Shown: positions 18,521 to 42,814 of the stretch, in pieces
Layout: each line of letters starts with the position of its first letter
Position numbering within the stretch: the first letter of the stretch is position 1
From: Chrysomallon squamiferum
Lineage: Eukaryota; Animalia; Mollusca
Length of the DNA: 64,000 nt
Assembly (NCBI GenBank): GCA_012295275.1
Contig: CM022673.1
Span: 23,312,001 to 23,376,000, forward strand
Reading direction: 5' to 3'
The notes under the pieces: model-generated
The model's input: the letters and a program-made list of their open reading frames with translations, nothing else
The model's database searches: none
What the model was told of the DNA's origin: nothing
Made by a program: the position numbers and the translations under genes

Positions 18521-19821
18521 GTTTGAAACAAACGTTTTAAAACCATTTTAATTTTTAAATTAATATTTATTTATTTAATCTGTTTCACTCAGAAGGAGAT
18601 TATAGCGTCGTTGCAACATCTTCCTCGAGATCAAATATTTTAATACTTTTTACTGACGTTGCTCATTAAATTGAAACATTAAAAACAACTCGACATCAGT
18701 GACAACAACAAACAAACAAAAACTAAATATATACAAACAAACACACACCCACCCAACTCCCCCAAAACAACAACAAAAAACAAATAACAACAACAGCAAA
18801 AAAACAAAAAAACAGAAATCACGGCAATCGAAGGTACGATTTAACTTTGCAATAGTATACTTAGTGTTTCAGCTTATTATTAATTAATTAATTTATTTAT
18901 TTAGTTGGCTTGTTTGTTTGCATCTTTTTAAATTCTGGTTTCCTCTTTAATGTTGTCTGCTCTTGCTGTTTTAACATTATAAGTTACATTTGTGAGAACG
19001 AAATGTCTTGATAAAGTAAGAATGTTTGCATATTTATTTCAATATTTTATTATTAGCCAAAATTAGTTTCCAGAAACAAATACACATTTACAGTTACATC
19101 ATAAAATATTTACAAAAACGCTTGAACACCTGACTTATATTTGATTTGAACAGCCACGCAGATATATTTTCTTTCGTTATTATTGCACAAACTAATTTGT
19201 TACAGCAATAACGAAAAATATAAAATAACAGTGAAAACAATAACAACAACAACAACATTTTGTTTTCCTTATTACTGATTTTGTTTCTTTTTGAAATCTT
19301 ATTCTTTTAGAAATTATTTTTAGCAACTGTCAGTTAAAGTAGCAGTCAAAAGAATCAGCGTAAGCCTAATTCATTGCAGTGGCAAGAAATTAAAATATAG
19401 TTTGCCATTTAGCTTGAATAATTATTTTAATTTTCATAATTGTGTTTTAATGGTTGATAACACAAAGTAAGAAAACTATTAACAGTGGTTTTATTATGCA
19501 TATGTCATTTCATAAAGAAATATTTAAAACATCCTTACAGGTTTAGGATAAGATAATTCACAATCATTTTTCTCTGAATCAGGCTTATGTAACATTTCTA
19601 AGTATGAAATTGCGCCCCACGAAATAGAAAATTTCGATATCCACATAGTTCCATAACCTTATTACTTTATTACCTAACGTTATTATTAGTAGAGACTTAT
19701 CGGTAAATAAATTCAATATTTTTGAATTAGGTTTAATGTTTTTAGATGATTTCTAGTTGTCATCAATGGTACAGATTTTTTGTGTGTGTTTTTTTTAAAT
19801 TTAGTGTCTGTATAACCTGGT

Positions 19822-20401
19822 TCACAGCCACTTCAAAGCCGCAGAACAAAGTCCGTGTCCACTGCGGTAATTTCCCGCGATGACGCGGTTAAGTCCAAGG
19901 AAGATGTCATAGTTTACAGATCCTTGGACATCACTCTGTCCATTTAACGCAAACAGCGAAGGATCCTTCACAAAGTCAAAATTCCCTGCGTAGTTGTTCC
20001 ATACAACAACCTCGTTTGCGATTACAATGGATAGTCTTTCTTGAATGAAATCTTCTTTCAGAAAGAGTCGTTTTCTCCACGGGTCATGTGACTTGTCGCT
20101 TCCAAAAACGGAAAAAGTAGATCCATATCCGTCAACCTCGCTGTCGTTTTCCTGGGTGTTGCTGTCACCAGCTGAAATATTGGGAATTTTAGAGTTAAAC
20201 ATTTCATTTAATTATTTATTTTATTTATTTATTATTATTTTTTTACTTTCTTTTTCTACAGTAAATGAAGAAAAAAAGAGTAAAGTTAAGAAATTTTTCG
20301 ATATTTTTTTTTTTTTTTTTTATCCTATTATTATTATTATTTTATGGCGCTTTAATTATTCATGTTATTATGATTATAAAAATTACCTTTTTTTTTTACT
20401 T

Positions 20402-20481
<80 letters not shown>

Positions 20482-21060
20482 AATATTTAAAATGCTTACA
20501 TCTTCCGTCGTTGCTGCTGGAATCTCCTATGTTGAAAACCCACTGTGTGGGTCGGTTAAAGGTCAGATCAATCAAAACTGCGTTGTGTCGAAGTGCAGAT
20601 CCTGGTTTTCCGAACGACAGTTTCACCAACCCTTGCTGAATGCAATAAGACGCAATACCTGGATAAGGCGACTCTAGAATTTTTATGGAACTGTGATTTC
20701 CAGTTACCCGTCCTTGGGCGAGATCTATTATTACATCGAATTCACCTAAAAATATACATTGAACAGTTTCAACGTCATCACTGTTATATACGAGGTTGTC
20801 GCTAAAGAAAGAATTTAATCACTAACCATCATAGCCATTTTACTACTCCATCATAGCCATCATCATCGTCGTTGGTTGTCATCGTCATTATTATAATTTC
20901 TGTTATCAAAGTCACACAAAACAATGACTACTGAATAAAGGAAAATATCAAAGTTCATGTTGTCAAATAATAAAAAATCTATTATTATGTGGATAACGTT
21001 AATGGATAAATCATATTAATCATTATTAATTTTTTGATTAATTATTTTATTTATTTATTA

Positions 21061-21117
<57 letters not shown>

Positions 21118-22306
21118 TTTTATGTTTTTATAAGTTGCTTCTTCCTTCATTTTTTTTTTCAGTAAAAACAGTAAATTTTGGCATCTGTTAGGTGAAGACA
21201 TAATTTTCTTATACTTGACATTGATTACTATAGAGTTTGGCAATTTCCGTATGTATTTTTTGAAAAGTTGTTTGTTTACTCAAGTTCTTTCAGTTTGCTT
21301 TGTGTTAAGTGCCAGCACTGGTTGTTTGCCAGATTCTCTAACCTGTCAGAGTGTGATTGTAACACAGATGCTGCAAATGGGAATCCCACATGCGATAAAC
21401 AAATAATCAGATTCACACACAAAATAAAAAGACATACCACATACAGACAAACACAAATACTCGCTTACATACATATATATATATATATATGAGTTGTGGA
21501 CATAATAAACAAAATGAAACGTTCGTATTGCAAATAGACGTAAGAAATACATATGGTTATAAATATTCTTATTCAACATTTTTCAATACAATTTTATAAA
21601 TTACCGTTATTTTTATTTTTCTCTTTATTCATCTTTTTTTACTCTGCCAGTGCACGGAGATGAAATTCCCGAATCACTTAACTGTAAATAACATGACGTA
21701 TTCGAGATAAGATATGTGATGCAATTTTTGTTGTCAGTCAAGTAAAGCTTTACTGATGAGCGTATAATACTGCACTTCACACCAAAATAACTTCATCGAC
21801 CTTGAGTGGTTTGTAACACGGTCAGTGACATATTTCTTATCTTTTATTTTTTACAAAGAAGCTTTTCGTTGGAGCGGGACGCACTTTTAATTCTAAAAGG
21901 ATTTCTGAGAGATTATTTGGCAGTCGGTTAGCCAATCAGATTTGTTTTAACAAACAGGCGTGGTGTATGCTGTCTTGTCTTTTGGAAAGTTAATGACATA
22001 ATGTGGCAGATTTTCTATGAACGTCATATTTCAGAAATAATAAAACGTTTGACTTTCGTTAATTAATGATAGCAAATATATTAACAGGCTTTGATTGTCT
22101 TAAACAGAAACAGACTCCCTGCTTTAAATTTACTTTTCTTAAAACAGTATGTAACTCTTTCAAAACTCTAATAATATCGATGATTATGATGATAATAATA
22201 AGAAGAATAAGAACAAAATTAATAATTAAATAAAATGATAGAAGACAGTTATTTTATAGGTACAAAAAATGAATTAAATCACAGGTGAAATATAGCGACC
22301 TACAAA

Positions 22307-22338
<32 letters not shown>

Positions 22339-23484
22339 AAAAACCAACAACATACCAAAGTAACAACAAAAGCAACAATAAATAAATCAATAAATAAAAT
22401 GAATAAATAAATAAAAACCAAGATTAGAAACATTAGAATTATATTTTAAGCCTGTATATTTTCTTTTCACTGAACCATTTATCCATTTACTTAATTTTTT
22501 TCTTTCTTTTATGATTTCCTGTCTTGTTGTTTTGTTGTCAGTATATTTCCCTGCACACGCGTAAATGTGAAGAACTGTAAGATATGAATTAGTTTAAAAA
22601 CAATGTTACCTGTGTAGGGTCCCATCAAGTATCGGGCTTCGTCGGGCCATTTCCTCTGTCGTCCGATGGTCATATCCAGACTGTTTGGCATCAGGTTAAT
22701 AGCTGTCACAGAAGTTTGATCTGTCTCATAATTCATCTTATTTTCGCTGTCATCTTGTAGAGCTGCGGGTTCCTCGTATGTTGATAACGTCTTAATTTTG
22801 TCATTGTTTTCACTCGATACGCTGTGATTAAATTCTTTACGCTGGTGCGGCTTCGGCAACGTAGCGGTCAACGTGACCGTAAGGTTTGTTAAATATAGTT
22901 AGCGCTGGAGTCGATCGTTCGTACTCTTCTTCATCGTAGATGTAATCGCTTTTGATGGCGCTCGCTGTTTGTTGTTCAGTCGTGGTCGTAGCTGGAGACA
23001 AAGTCGTTTGTTTCGTGATGCCATCTTCGGCTTTCGTTGTGACATAAATGTTATTTCTTGGATACGTAGCCGCTACGTCGCTATCGTTGGATCTGGCTGC
23101 GTCGTCGTTCTGGTGCAGTTTTCTGGGACCAGACCACGGTGACTGACACCTACAACCCTCATATATTTTTCGGAGATATTTTTTCACATATCTCTGACGT
23201 TTCCTGTTTCTTTCTCGTTCTTTTAACAGTTTCTGCTGGTTTTTTATTAGCTCTTTCAAAACGAAGCCCTGTTGAATAATCAAATTTTGGAGTTCTCTCA
23301 GCTGCAGGTCCATAGATTTTAGAGAAATAATATCTTTTGTATTTGAATTTGAAACTGTGCCTTTACCGTCTTGACCGTCTCTGATAATCGACGCTACCTT
23401 CGTCTGATTGTCTGACGATTCTATGCTCCTTGCAGCTATAACATCCAGAACCGACAGAAGCAACAACACTGCAAAGAGACCCAT
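19822..23484 (-). CDS. Secreted protein: signal peptide, coiled coil, Thr-rich linker, C-terminal unnamed domain; one frameshift near 22890
   Basis: Exons 23484-22610 (two overlapping frames, joined by removing one base around ATA TTT AAC), 21370-21280, 20801-20500 and 20171-19822, all GT-AG and phase-consistent. Signal peptide MGLFAVLLLLSVLDVIAA. C-terminus WVFNIGDSSSNDGRSGDSNTQENDSEV...LFALNGQ...YDIFLGLNRVIAGNYRSGHGLCSAALKWL. Confidence 0.75.
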
Positions 23485-24621
23485 TTTTCAAAAAATCATA
23501 TCATCCTGATGTTTCTTTCACAAAATTTAACTAATATTTCAAACATTCAAAGAAGTTTTCAAATTTAGATATTTTTTTTAAAATCAACATTATTAGATCG
23601 ACGAATAAAAACAGCAAACATTAATTCATTGTTTTTCAAACTTGTACAGATTATCCTGTATTTGACAATATTTTCTCAGCTTTTGCGAATCTTCAGTGTC
23701 ATTACAGAGATTGGTTCAGTCTACGCAAGCAGATCTTCACGTAGTCTATATGAAGAACAGAGTGTACTGCCAAAATGCGACAGAACCTAACTGCGTAGAA
23801 AATTTCTTCGTTATTGGTTAAATCCTTCGCTTCTACACAAATCCGCCCCTGTTGTTATTTAACTACAAGAAAATTAGAAATAATGATGTTTAAAACAGCT
23901 TTTCCGTTTGAATGGTGTAAATAAATGTCACGAACCTTTTGCCTTTTGAAAATAATGAAAGGAATATTGAAAAAACATAAACGCGAAAATATGTCAGAAT
24001 AATATTTTTGGGGGGTTATTTTCTTGTTGATAAAATGATATTTTCAAATAGGTTGCGTAGTAAAGTATATATATTCTTATTTTATTGTTTTTAATATGTT
24101 CATTTTAGAAAACATATATTTGTATCTTAGACAAACAAACTGAGAATATTTTAAAACTCATCAAACAAATATTAATCAATGATAACTTTGTAGATAACAA
24201 TATATTATTGTCTTTAAGATATCATACAACTGACTGCAAAAACACTATCCATCAAAGTAATGTGAATAAAATAATATTTCGATCAGTATATATATCTATC
24301 ACTGTTCTAACACATCTGTCGAAAATGGCGAGTTATGCCTTTGCGGTGAAATCAAATGAAGTCACGGTGGTTAATGTAATCCTGTCTGACCTTTTGATTT
24401 TTCTTTTTCTTATTATTGTCGCCACATGCTCTAAATAGATCCAGGTTCAGATGACGTACTACATCTTAATGTGTGGCTCAGCGCTGGGAAATGGCGTAAA
24501 CGTGCATTATAACGTTAATTTCATAAAGACAGTAACACACTTTCCAATTTGTTGCAACCAGTTTTTAATATATTTTTAATAATAATGTGGACATATAGAG
24601 TAATGTATCCGTCTCAGTCGA

Positions 24622-24657
<36 letters not shown>

Positions 24658-26290
24658 TGTTTCTCTATAGCATAAAACAAAACAAAAAAGTTTTAAAATG
24701 TTTTTACATTATAAACAGTAAGACCTCACAGTGTTGTGGCAACAGCGGGTTTCTTCTCTCATCATCAGAAAAGAACTCTTCTATCTAATGACCATCTAAC
24801 CACTAAGGTAAACCAAGTCGTCGTCATTAAAACACGAAACACAAAAAGTAATTAATATGAATTAAACTTTCAGGTAACGTTAAGCATTAATTCATATTCT
24901 CAGTCCTTTATCCAGTCAAGTACTTCCACCCTTAAAAGATAATAACTTTATTTCGCCACAGAATGGATAAATATTTTATTATCATCGATTATTATCATTA
25001 CATATGTGTTTAATTATAACCCGACTATCCTTTTAGACTAGATATTATTATCAGTTAACACAAAGGTATTTTACAGACTTAAGCAGATACCATTGCCTTC
25101 GTTAAAATGAAACTTTTTCCAGCGAGTGGCTGAGGAGGATTGATCCTGCAACTGTTTATACCTCAGACAAGTGCAGTAAACAACGAACCACAACCAAAAA
25201 CATTTGCACCAAAAGGTTGGGAATAAGCTTGTTTGCAAATCATTCAAAACATTACTCAACACCTGTCTTTCTTTTTCTTTTTTTTTTTTTTCTCGAAAAG
25301 GAGGTTACAAAAACACACTCTCTATTATGTAGGGTATAAAATATCGTAGGAAAAATCACATACACAATTACAATGTGAAACATATTTATTATATACAGTA
25401 CAGCAAAATAACATAAAACAAACCATAACTGTCAATGAGTGAAATTAAAAAGTGTTTCTAATAATTACTTCATTCAGGTTTTATTCGTGTTGTTCTGTCA
25501 GTCTGGAGTGGTGCTGTTACAACAAAGTAATTAGTGTGAGTTTTAGAATGTTTCCATAAAAGAACTGTTCAAATAAGGCTGCTGTGGGATTTGATTCCCG
25601 TGGCAGGTGTTTAGGTTATAGCCATTGTTGCTGGCTATTTGTACTGAGGCTTTTTCAAATCATTATTTAATTTAGCACTTCATTTAAATCATTCCTCAAC
25701 GTTCATTTAAATCAATTCATTTATTCATTTAAATCAATTCATTTATCATTTAAATCATTACATTACTCTTCATTTAAATCATTACTTAATCTTCATTTAA
25801 ATAATTCATTTCAATTTAACCATTCTTTTAAATCATTCAGTCACATATATTTAAAATTCATTCAAGTCATACCTTTACTATTCTAAATCGTTCTAACTTG
25901 TAGAGAAGTTATGGTAGAACGCTAATTTATACGGAAACTTGTGCGCATGCGTATTGTATTTGTCCACACAGATATACTCAGTAATGTATGTATGAACTAT
26001 ATATAACGTATGACCTGATAATTTCGAATGTACAGAATGTTTCACTTGTATTTATTTCATAAATGATATGAAAATATACAAAATGTAACTAGGCATTAAT
26101 AATGGCAGAGCTCTGCTCTTACGTCATATTATTTCAGATGAAGGTATACAGAATGGATTATTGATTCTGTCACAATAATTCACTCTACATGTTAATTTCC
26201 AAGAAAATATATATGCTGATTGAGCTGTGAAGTGTTAGTAATTCAGCTTGTCTTTATTATGTTACTTTCAGTATAAATATACATAATTTA

Positions 26291-26563
26291 TTAACTATGA
26301 CATAATAGTAATTCAGCTTATGTCATTCTATTAGTGAAGATATTCAGGTGTTAACTATGACGTAATAGTAATTCAGTTTATGTCATTCTATTAGTGAAGA
26401 TATTCAGGTGTTAACTATGACGTAATAGTAATTCAGCTTATATCATTCTATTAGTGAAGATATTCAGGTGTTAACTATGACGTAATAGTAATTCAGCTTA
26501 TGTCATTCTATTAGTGAAGATATCCAGGTCAAACTATGACGTAATAGTAATTTAGCTTATGTC
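26291..26563. repeat. 60-bp minisatellite, ~4.5 copies
   Basis: Unit ttaactatgacgtaatagtaattcagcttatgtcattctattagtgaagatattcaggtg recurs with a 60-bp period and no spacers. Confidence 0.9.
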
Positions 26564-27284
26564 TTTATATATTTCTATTTTACAGGTATGATATAGGATT
26601 GTTATTAACGATACTCTAACAGTGATTCATCGTATGTACTAATTTGATGCTGAATTAAATTTTTATTTGAAAAACAAAATAGCAATGATTCAGTTGTATC
26701 CTGTAGTGTAAGTTATTACTGTATTATAACAGTGAATCAGCTTATGTTAATTTCAAATGACGTTTCGATGCACAGGTAAATCAGTTATAATAAATGTAGT
26801 TATATCTGGCTGCTTTCAAATACAAATATACAAGAAATATGAATTAGGCTGCGTCGTAACAATATTTCAGTCTCTCTACATGCAGGTCTGTTAATTCACA
26901 TACAGTTTCAGTATAAATTGTTTATTAATCTTATCTTCGCTGTTGTTTCTGAGTTTACGAATACTTATAATTATATGTACATATGGAAGAACATGAGATT
27001 CAAATGTATTAGTAATTACTATATTTTATTCACTGTTAATTTTATAAGATTTATTTATTTATACTTTTATAATTATTTTTTTTTTCATTTATAATACAAA
27101 AAAGCGAATATCTGCTTTACGAAACAGTTATAAAAAGACTGAGACAGAAAACAAAATTTATTCTGGATAACATTTATACAAGAATTATGTCCCTTTATTT
27201 TGAAGTATGTACTAAATTTTTATTTGTATTGTATATAATTATATACACAGGTACTTCTGAAATATATACAAATCTTGATTAATC

Positions 27285-27344
<60 letters not shown>

Positions 27345-28191
27345 CAAATTAATCAACAGATTATTAATAATTAAAATGATTTAAATCATACATACAATTA
27401 TCTACACTTACAATATACTCATTCTTACATTTATGTAAAGCACCCATACACTTACAGTCACACACAAGCGCACGACATTTCCACACACCTGTATGAAATA
27501 TTATTTATATTTATGAAGAAAACACCTCCAACAAAACAAAATGCTACAAATAATGTAAAAAAAAAATAAAAAAAATAAAAAAAAAATAAAAAGAAAAGAA
27601 AAAGATCTACATTTAATATCTGAAACATAGATACTGCCGTTGTGTTATGAGGCAGAATAAATCTCATTACCTATATGCAACGGATATTTCATTTAACTTG
27701 TGGAGTCTGCATCGATTTTGGCCTCTCTCCCGTTTCACAATCAACTATCGTATCCAATGTGTAGAAAGACCATGCGCAGAAAATCATTATCATACATTAT
27801 TAAGATGGTATACTAAACAGTCGTACACCGCTTCTCCAGTATTCTGGAATGTTGAAGATTTTCGAGTCCTGTATATAAGTGCCAACTTATGTTGCCATAG
27901 GAACAAGAATGATTACATAAAATAACTTAAAGACAACTACGTTGTCCAGAGATTTAATTTTACAAATGTTTGTCTTCAAGATGCATTAATTATAACTGAC
28001 ATTTTATTTTAGAAAAAAAAAAAAAAAAAAAAAAAAAAGTTTATCTTATTTTATCGATTCAGAAACTAGTAATAAAAATGAATAATGTAGATACCTTTTC
28101 ATTTATCTTTTACAAATATATTTTTATAAACCCTGCAGCCCATAAAACATCCAACCTGACTTTCTTATCATCTTGCAAACATACGTAATCG

Positions 28192-38569
<10,378 letters not shown>

Positions 38570-39026
38570 TTTTACTACGTGTGTTTTCTTCGTGGGCTGC
38601 ACATCGTTGTTCATCTCCATAGCATGTTCTCACGCGAAACCGCAGTATTTTCCTTTCTCTCTCCACCGCGCTAGTCTTCAGCCGAGGCGCATGTTTTATA
38701 AGGAAAATAAATGTCGGGTTAGCCACGAACACAATTACTGATAATGTCTACACATCTCAAGAAATAATATTTTAACAACGTTCACTTGAGTCCAGTGCAA
38801 GCCATGCTGTCCCTGATATAATAATGCTTCCGTAGCTCCACCACCAACTGGCGTATATTATTCACAAGCTCCCGGCCGAGCTATTCGGTCTCTCTTCACA
38901 CTGTAATTGCTTTTAATGATGAATAACAGCCAACATTAGCCTTTATTTGTTGTGTGGCCTGAGCTTCTGTAAATATCAGTAGGTTAGCAACGAGCATTCA
39001 CAAATTATTTCTTGCCTCAGAGAGTG

Positions 39027-39063
<37 letters not shown>

Positions 39064-39296
39064 AACTAAAATATTAACCGAATATCGAACGAGCGAGTAA
39101 TTAGGCAACGTGAGCACTCAGAGTGTGTACTTGCAGGACATCAGAACAGCGCGTTAGTGCTTTTGTGAACTGAATTGCGTAATGTGGAAGAACTGATAAT
39201 CAGTTTAGTGTGTAGTGTGATGTTATTATACATGTGAGGGGTATGAAATATTGTGTTATCATGTTAGTTAAGGAAGTATTTTGATTAAATATAGCA

Positions 39297-39375
<79 letters not shown>

Positions 39376-39773
39376 CGCTGTTCTGGGACATCATTTACGT
39401 GTCCAGTTTTTAACAAAATGAATAACACACGAGTTTTGAATTAATAATAACAAAAAACACGATCAGTTTGTTTTAAATTAAGAACATTTTCTTTGTTGTT
39501 TATTGAGAGTCAGTTAAAGACCAATTAGAAATAAAAACAACAGCATCTGCCCAAACAACAAAACATTGACAGTGAAAAAGTTGCATAGGTTTGAAACTCC
39601 GCACAGTTCACAGGCAGGCCGGTTTGGATGTTTACTGTGTTTTTGTTTTTGTTTTTTTAAATAAAGATAACATTGAAGAGGAAAAAGGATTTAAAATAAA
39701 CAAACAAACAATTTAAATATACATAACTGTCTGTCTATAAAGGTAATATGGAATAAGCATATAAATGTGTGTG

Positions 39774-39813
<40 letters not shown>

Positions 39814-41227
39814 AATGTGAAGCAGTTTATGATATTTTACAGCGATGACTATTTGTATATACGTAAGTATCTGTGAATGCATTTTCAGTGAATATGTGAG
39901 TACTGAGATGTGTGTGAATTTTCTTTGTGTGTGCACCAATTTTACGTTCATGTAAAACAATGTACATGCGTGCACATCTATTATATCCCATCAATATTAG
40001 TATCTGTATCTGTTCACATGCAAATGTACCTTAATATCTTATATAACTCTTTCGAGAAATACACTTTTGACATTTCAGTTTGTAATGAACGGATTGTTTT
40101 TATTATCTGTTATTCATCCTCCCAAAAACATAACTAGCCTACGTCTGGAGAATTAAGAATTACATAGCGTTTTAGTGCAATTAGCTCCAGTATTAACAGA
40201 AACCAATAAACAACATGCCCCTGTAATCGCAATTACGTCACGCGTTGTTACACTTGTTGCTAATAAATCTTCTTGTTTTCTACCACTATGCCAAAGGTGT
40301 GGAAGTTAGCAACAGATTCGTACAGTTAATTATTAATCGGTGACGAAAATGAGGTAGCTGTTAACATACCACCCGCATTACCTACCATACACCTCAGAGA
40401 TCGCATGTTATAATTAGACGTAATCACATAATTTAGATAAGTCTCGCACCTATTATCTGTTAATGTTTATGTGTTTGTTTTTATGATCTGTGTCTGTTTT
40501 TTCCATCAGTTTGTCCGTGATTAGCTCATTTATTTTATCTTCTATCTATGTGTCTGTCTGTCTAATATGTCTATCTGTATGTCTTTATAAAACATCAGTC
40601 AGACGATACACACACACACACACACACGTGTATACACACAGATACACACACACACATATGTATGTATTTAATAAATATAATTATCTATCAGTCCATTAAC
40701 CTATGTATCTGTCTATTTATCCTTTTCTTCTCTCCTGCTCTCTTAATTTATTTGTCTGTTTATCTTTCCATCCATTTATTTACTTTGTTAATTGTTTACC
40801 TTGTTTGCACTTTACTTCATAGACCATTTGCTTTGATATCTACTGTTTTATTTTCTACATAAAAAATATTATAGATACATACACTCAGTCACATAAAAGA
40901 TACAGGGAGGTAAAAACTTTATCTTTCACTAAAATAACAGACATTCTTTTCCTGATGAACCCAGTTTTATTACTTGTGTACATTTTTTTTAAATAGCAGT
41001 TAATTATCTGTTAACAATTAAATACGTAAACATTTTTACAACTCGACACATTTAATTTCTTCACTAAATTTGCATTAATACTACTAATAATTAATTAATC
41101 TATGTTCTCTTTTATTTCTATTTTTATCGAACGATATTTTAAATAATGAAATGAATTACATCTTTGAAGTTGTATCCATCTTATGGACATCCTCCCTTTC
41201 TGAAATAGCGTATCACCACCTACAAAA

Positions 41228-41570
<343 letters not shown>

Positions 41571-42610
41571 TGTTTGTGATTGTACATCTTTGTCTGAGCT
41601 TTAGCTGTACATAAATATCTCTAATTCGTACCACACCTTAGTCCTCAATTCTGTATTTTTCCCTGATTTTTGTATTGATATCAGTTTAATGATTCCCTTT
41701 CTCTAGAAGTACCGCGCCCTTCAGCAAACATAAATGGTTGAAACCACATGCTGTTTCCCATTCCCACATGCAGACAAACCGATGAGGTCTGGCTCTCGTT
41801 CAAAATCTAACATCAAAGAAAATCAACACTTCTTGTTTGAACTTCTAGCCAATTCCTCTGTCTTTGTTTTTGAAAGCTAGCGCCTGTAAGTGCAAACGCA
41901 CGAGGGTTACAGGGACATTATTTAATTTTAATTTTTTTTTTCTTACGTAATGTTTATGTGTACTTTGAGATAGGTTATCTGTAAAATGGTTTATGTTTTC
42001 TTTTAATGAAGCAAAAGTTTTAAAAATATTTTGTAAGCAAAGTTATAACATATAAAAAGTACAGGCCAGTATTCAAATAAAATTCCTGAAGAATAAACTG
42101 AGATACATACATTATATACATAGATACATACATACATAGATACATACATACATACATTTATGCATGCGTACATAAATGCATAAGAATAATATATAGATAC
42201 ATACATACATGTATTCATACATACATAAGAACACACACACACACACAGTTACATAATATATCAAATATATTATTAGAATGGTTTAATGGTTTTATTAATG
42301 TTAATATAACACGTATTTTAATTTTTTTCTTTCTAGAATACGTTAATTGAAGTTACCCGCACAGAAGTGACATAATATTATGTTAATAAACCTGACTGAG
42401 AGTAAATTAAAAAAATAATTATATGATAAATAAGAAATCGTAAACTTTATTTATCTTCAAAAGGTAATACATCATAAATGCATAATCGATCTTTTATTAG
42501 CCTAGCTTATTTTAAAAGTGACCCATAAATTAACTTCAAGATAAAGTTAGGTTTTCAAAAGAAAACCAGATCTCTACTTGTAGCCCAGTCTGCCCAAACT
42601 GTAATAGACT

Positions 42611-42814
42611 GAGCTAACAGTTTTATTAGCGAAATATTGATGCAATATAGATATGAGTACTATGGATATGTAAATAGAAATTATGAGTTGATGATATCAC
42701 TTATTAACTCCAGAGCTAACAGTTTTTATTAGCGAAATATTGATGCAATATAGATATGAGTACTATGCATATGTAAATAGAAATAATGAGTTGATGATAT
42801 CACTTTTTAACTCC
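42611..42814. repeat. Tandem duplication of a ~102-bp unit
   Basis: gagctaacagtttt(t)attagcgaaatattgatgcaatatagatatgagtactatg...gatatcac..ttaactcca appears twice head-to-tail, near identical. Confidence 0.9.

Noticed and set aside
20045-20677. 210-aa + strand ORF
   Set aside because: Antisense shadow of two real minus-strand exons bridged by an (AAT)/(ATT) repeat intron.
24730-24835. Possible SINE fragments (also ~21955-21990 and ~44395-44510)
   Set aside because: Only a vague resemblance to mollusc SINE cores from memory; boundaries and family cannot be supported without a search.
26291-26563. Regular 60-bp repeat as a CRISPR-like array
   Set aside because: Units are contiguous and near identical with no unique spacers; the context is eukaryotic and there are no cas genes.
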